Position numbers and translations under genes: made by a program. From NCBI GenBank assembly GCA_965209035.1, contig OZ242372.1:832001-896000 (forward strand): a stretch of DNA of 64,000 bases, read 5' to 3'. Below, piece after piece: positions 63,141-64,000 of this stretch. The notes under the pieces were generated by a model that saw only the letters and a program-made list of their open reading frames with translations, did not search any database and was not told where the DNA came from. Each line of letters begins with the position of its first letter. Position 1 is the first letter of the stretch. The stretch is from Gammaproteobacteria bacterium (GTDB lineage: Bacteria > Pseudomonadota > Gammaproteobacteria > CBDBNL01 > JAAOII01).

Positions 63141-63210
63141 GATGTTTACGAACAATTCTCGCCGGCCCGGTTCTCAACAGAAAAAATCCAAAGCCGGGTG
63201 GGGTAGGATT
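63141..63210 (+). mobile_element. Highly degenerate IS481 3'-end remnant
   Basis: aacaattctcgccggcccggttct..caaagccgggtggggtaggat vs IS aacaactctcgccgatccaatttt..caaaagtccagaaatgggtgggac. Confidence 0.4.
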
Positions 63211-63473
63211 GGGCAAGTGCATCATCTCGGCAAGACTCGGAAAGATTTTGAGTATAATAAGGGATGATGATTTTTAAGTTTGTTTTCTTATTAGTGGTAA
63301 AAATGAGAGATATGGGTATCAATAAAAAGGAATGTCTCGCTTCGCACCGGATAGCACATTGAATGCATTGAATAACAACACAACTCGCAAGAACACGCCG
63401 CAGCCGGACAGATCCGGCAATCGCTCCGCCGGTGCGTTAGTGTTTATTCTCTTTTTGTAAGCTTGTCCGGCAA

Positions 63474-64000
63474 ATGGCACAGCCTCGCATAACCGATTAC
63501 GAAGACAACACAAAATGTTGTCTTTTGTATGCGCGCCTACTCTTGGAACTTTTGGAGTTGAAACTTTTGGACAAGAAAACGGAGCCCGTGTATAGGCCGG
63601 CTTTGTTGTCGGCCGCGACCGCACAACTTAACTTCGCCTATGAGGCGTTCATAGAAGAAATTCAAGTGCGATTAAATATGGCCCCGCTTGCCACGCACAA
63701 CCCGAACGAAATTGCCCGTCATTTGTTGACGGCGGATATCCGCTCCGCCGAGCTAAATCAACTCGCCAAACTGGAGCAGGAAGAAACATCCTGGCTGTTT
63801 GCAATGCGCACCGCTCGCCCCGACCGCTCCGCTCGCCCCGCCCTCTCCCATAACAATATCAAAAAAACACCGCGGACCGCAGACATCCGTCTGATTGGCC
63901 GTTCCGGCGACCGGACCCCACAACCGCAAGAATCTCCCTGCGTATGGCTGCAACATATGGAAGACCTGTGCCAACAGATGCGCGAGATGGCGACAGAATA
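63474..64000 (+). CDS. Hypothetical protein, DUF6586-like; reaches the right edge
   Basis: Open frame MAQPRITDYEDNTK..SAELNQLAKLEQEETSWL..WLQHMEDLCQQMREMATE; not in the ORF track; family recalled, not searched. Confidence 0.6.
   Translation, partial: MAQPRITDYEDNTKCCLLYARLLLELLELKLLDKKTEPVYRPALLSAATAQLNFAYEAFIEEIQVRLNMAPLATHNPNEIARHLLTADIRSAELNQLAKLEQEETSWLFAMRTARPDRSARPALSHNNIKKTPRTADIRLIGRSGDRTPQPQESPCVWLQHMEDLCQQMREMATE

Overview
Bacterial chromosomal window, gammaproteobacterial by gene content and sequence; a host-associated lifestyle is only an inference. The backbone is housekeeping genes in scrambled order: purL, PAP2, tRNA-Ile2, rpoD, dnaG, recX, recA, smr, hslUV, rpsF-rpsR-rplI-rpsT, ssb, psd, clpA, ribD, lpoA-yraN-BON, redoxins, rsmD, pal, murB, mutT, hemE, dxs, infA, gltB, ruvA, dnaK. 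Accessory islands carry three paralogous TSP3/GLUG-like lipoproteins (two with FN3-like domains), IS481 and IS1595 elements and remnants, three DNA methyltransferases, a NucS-like nuclease and a small-protein/retropepsin pair. The most unusual content is non-coding architecture. (i) Tandem arrays are built from the termini of two adjacent core genes (infA|dxs, hemE|dxs, mutT|hemE). (ii) Three accessory segments are each bracketed by a long direct repeat copied from a neighbouring gene terminus. (iii) A 12-unit ~40-bp array resembles the IS481 right end and, with the intact IS481, brackets a lipoprotein gene. (iv) 5'-truncated IS481 right-end remnants sit at island borders. All alignments and family calls were made by eye, with no database searches.
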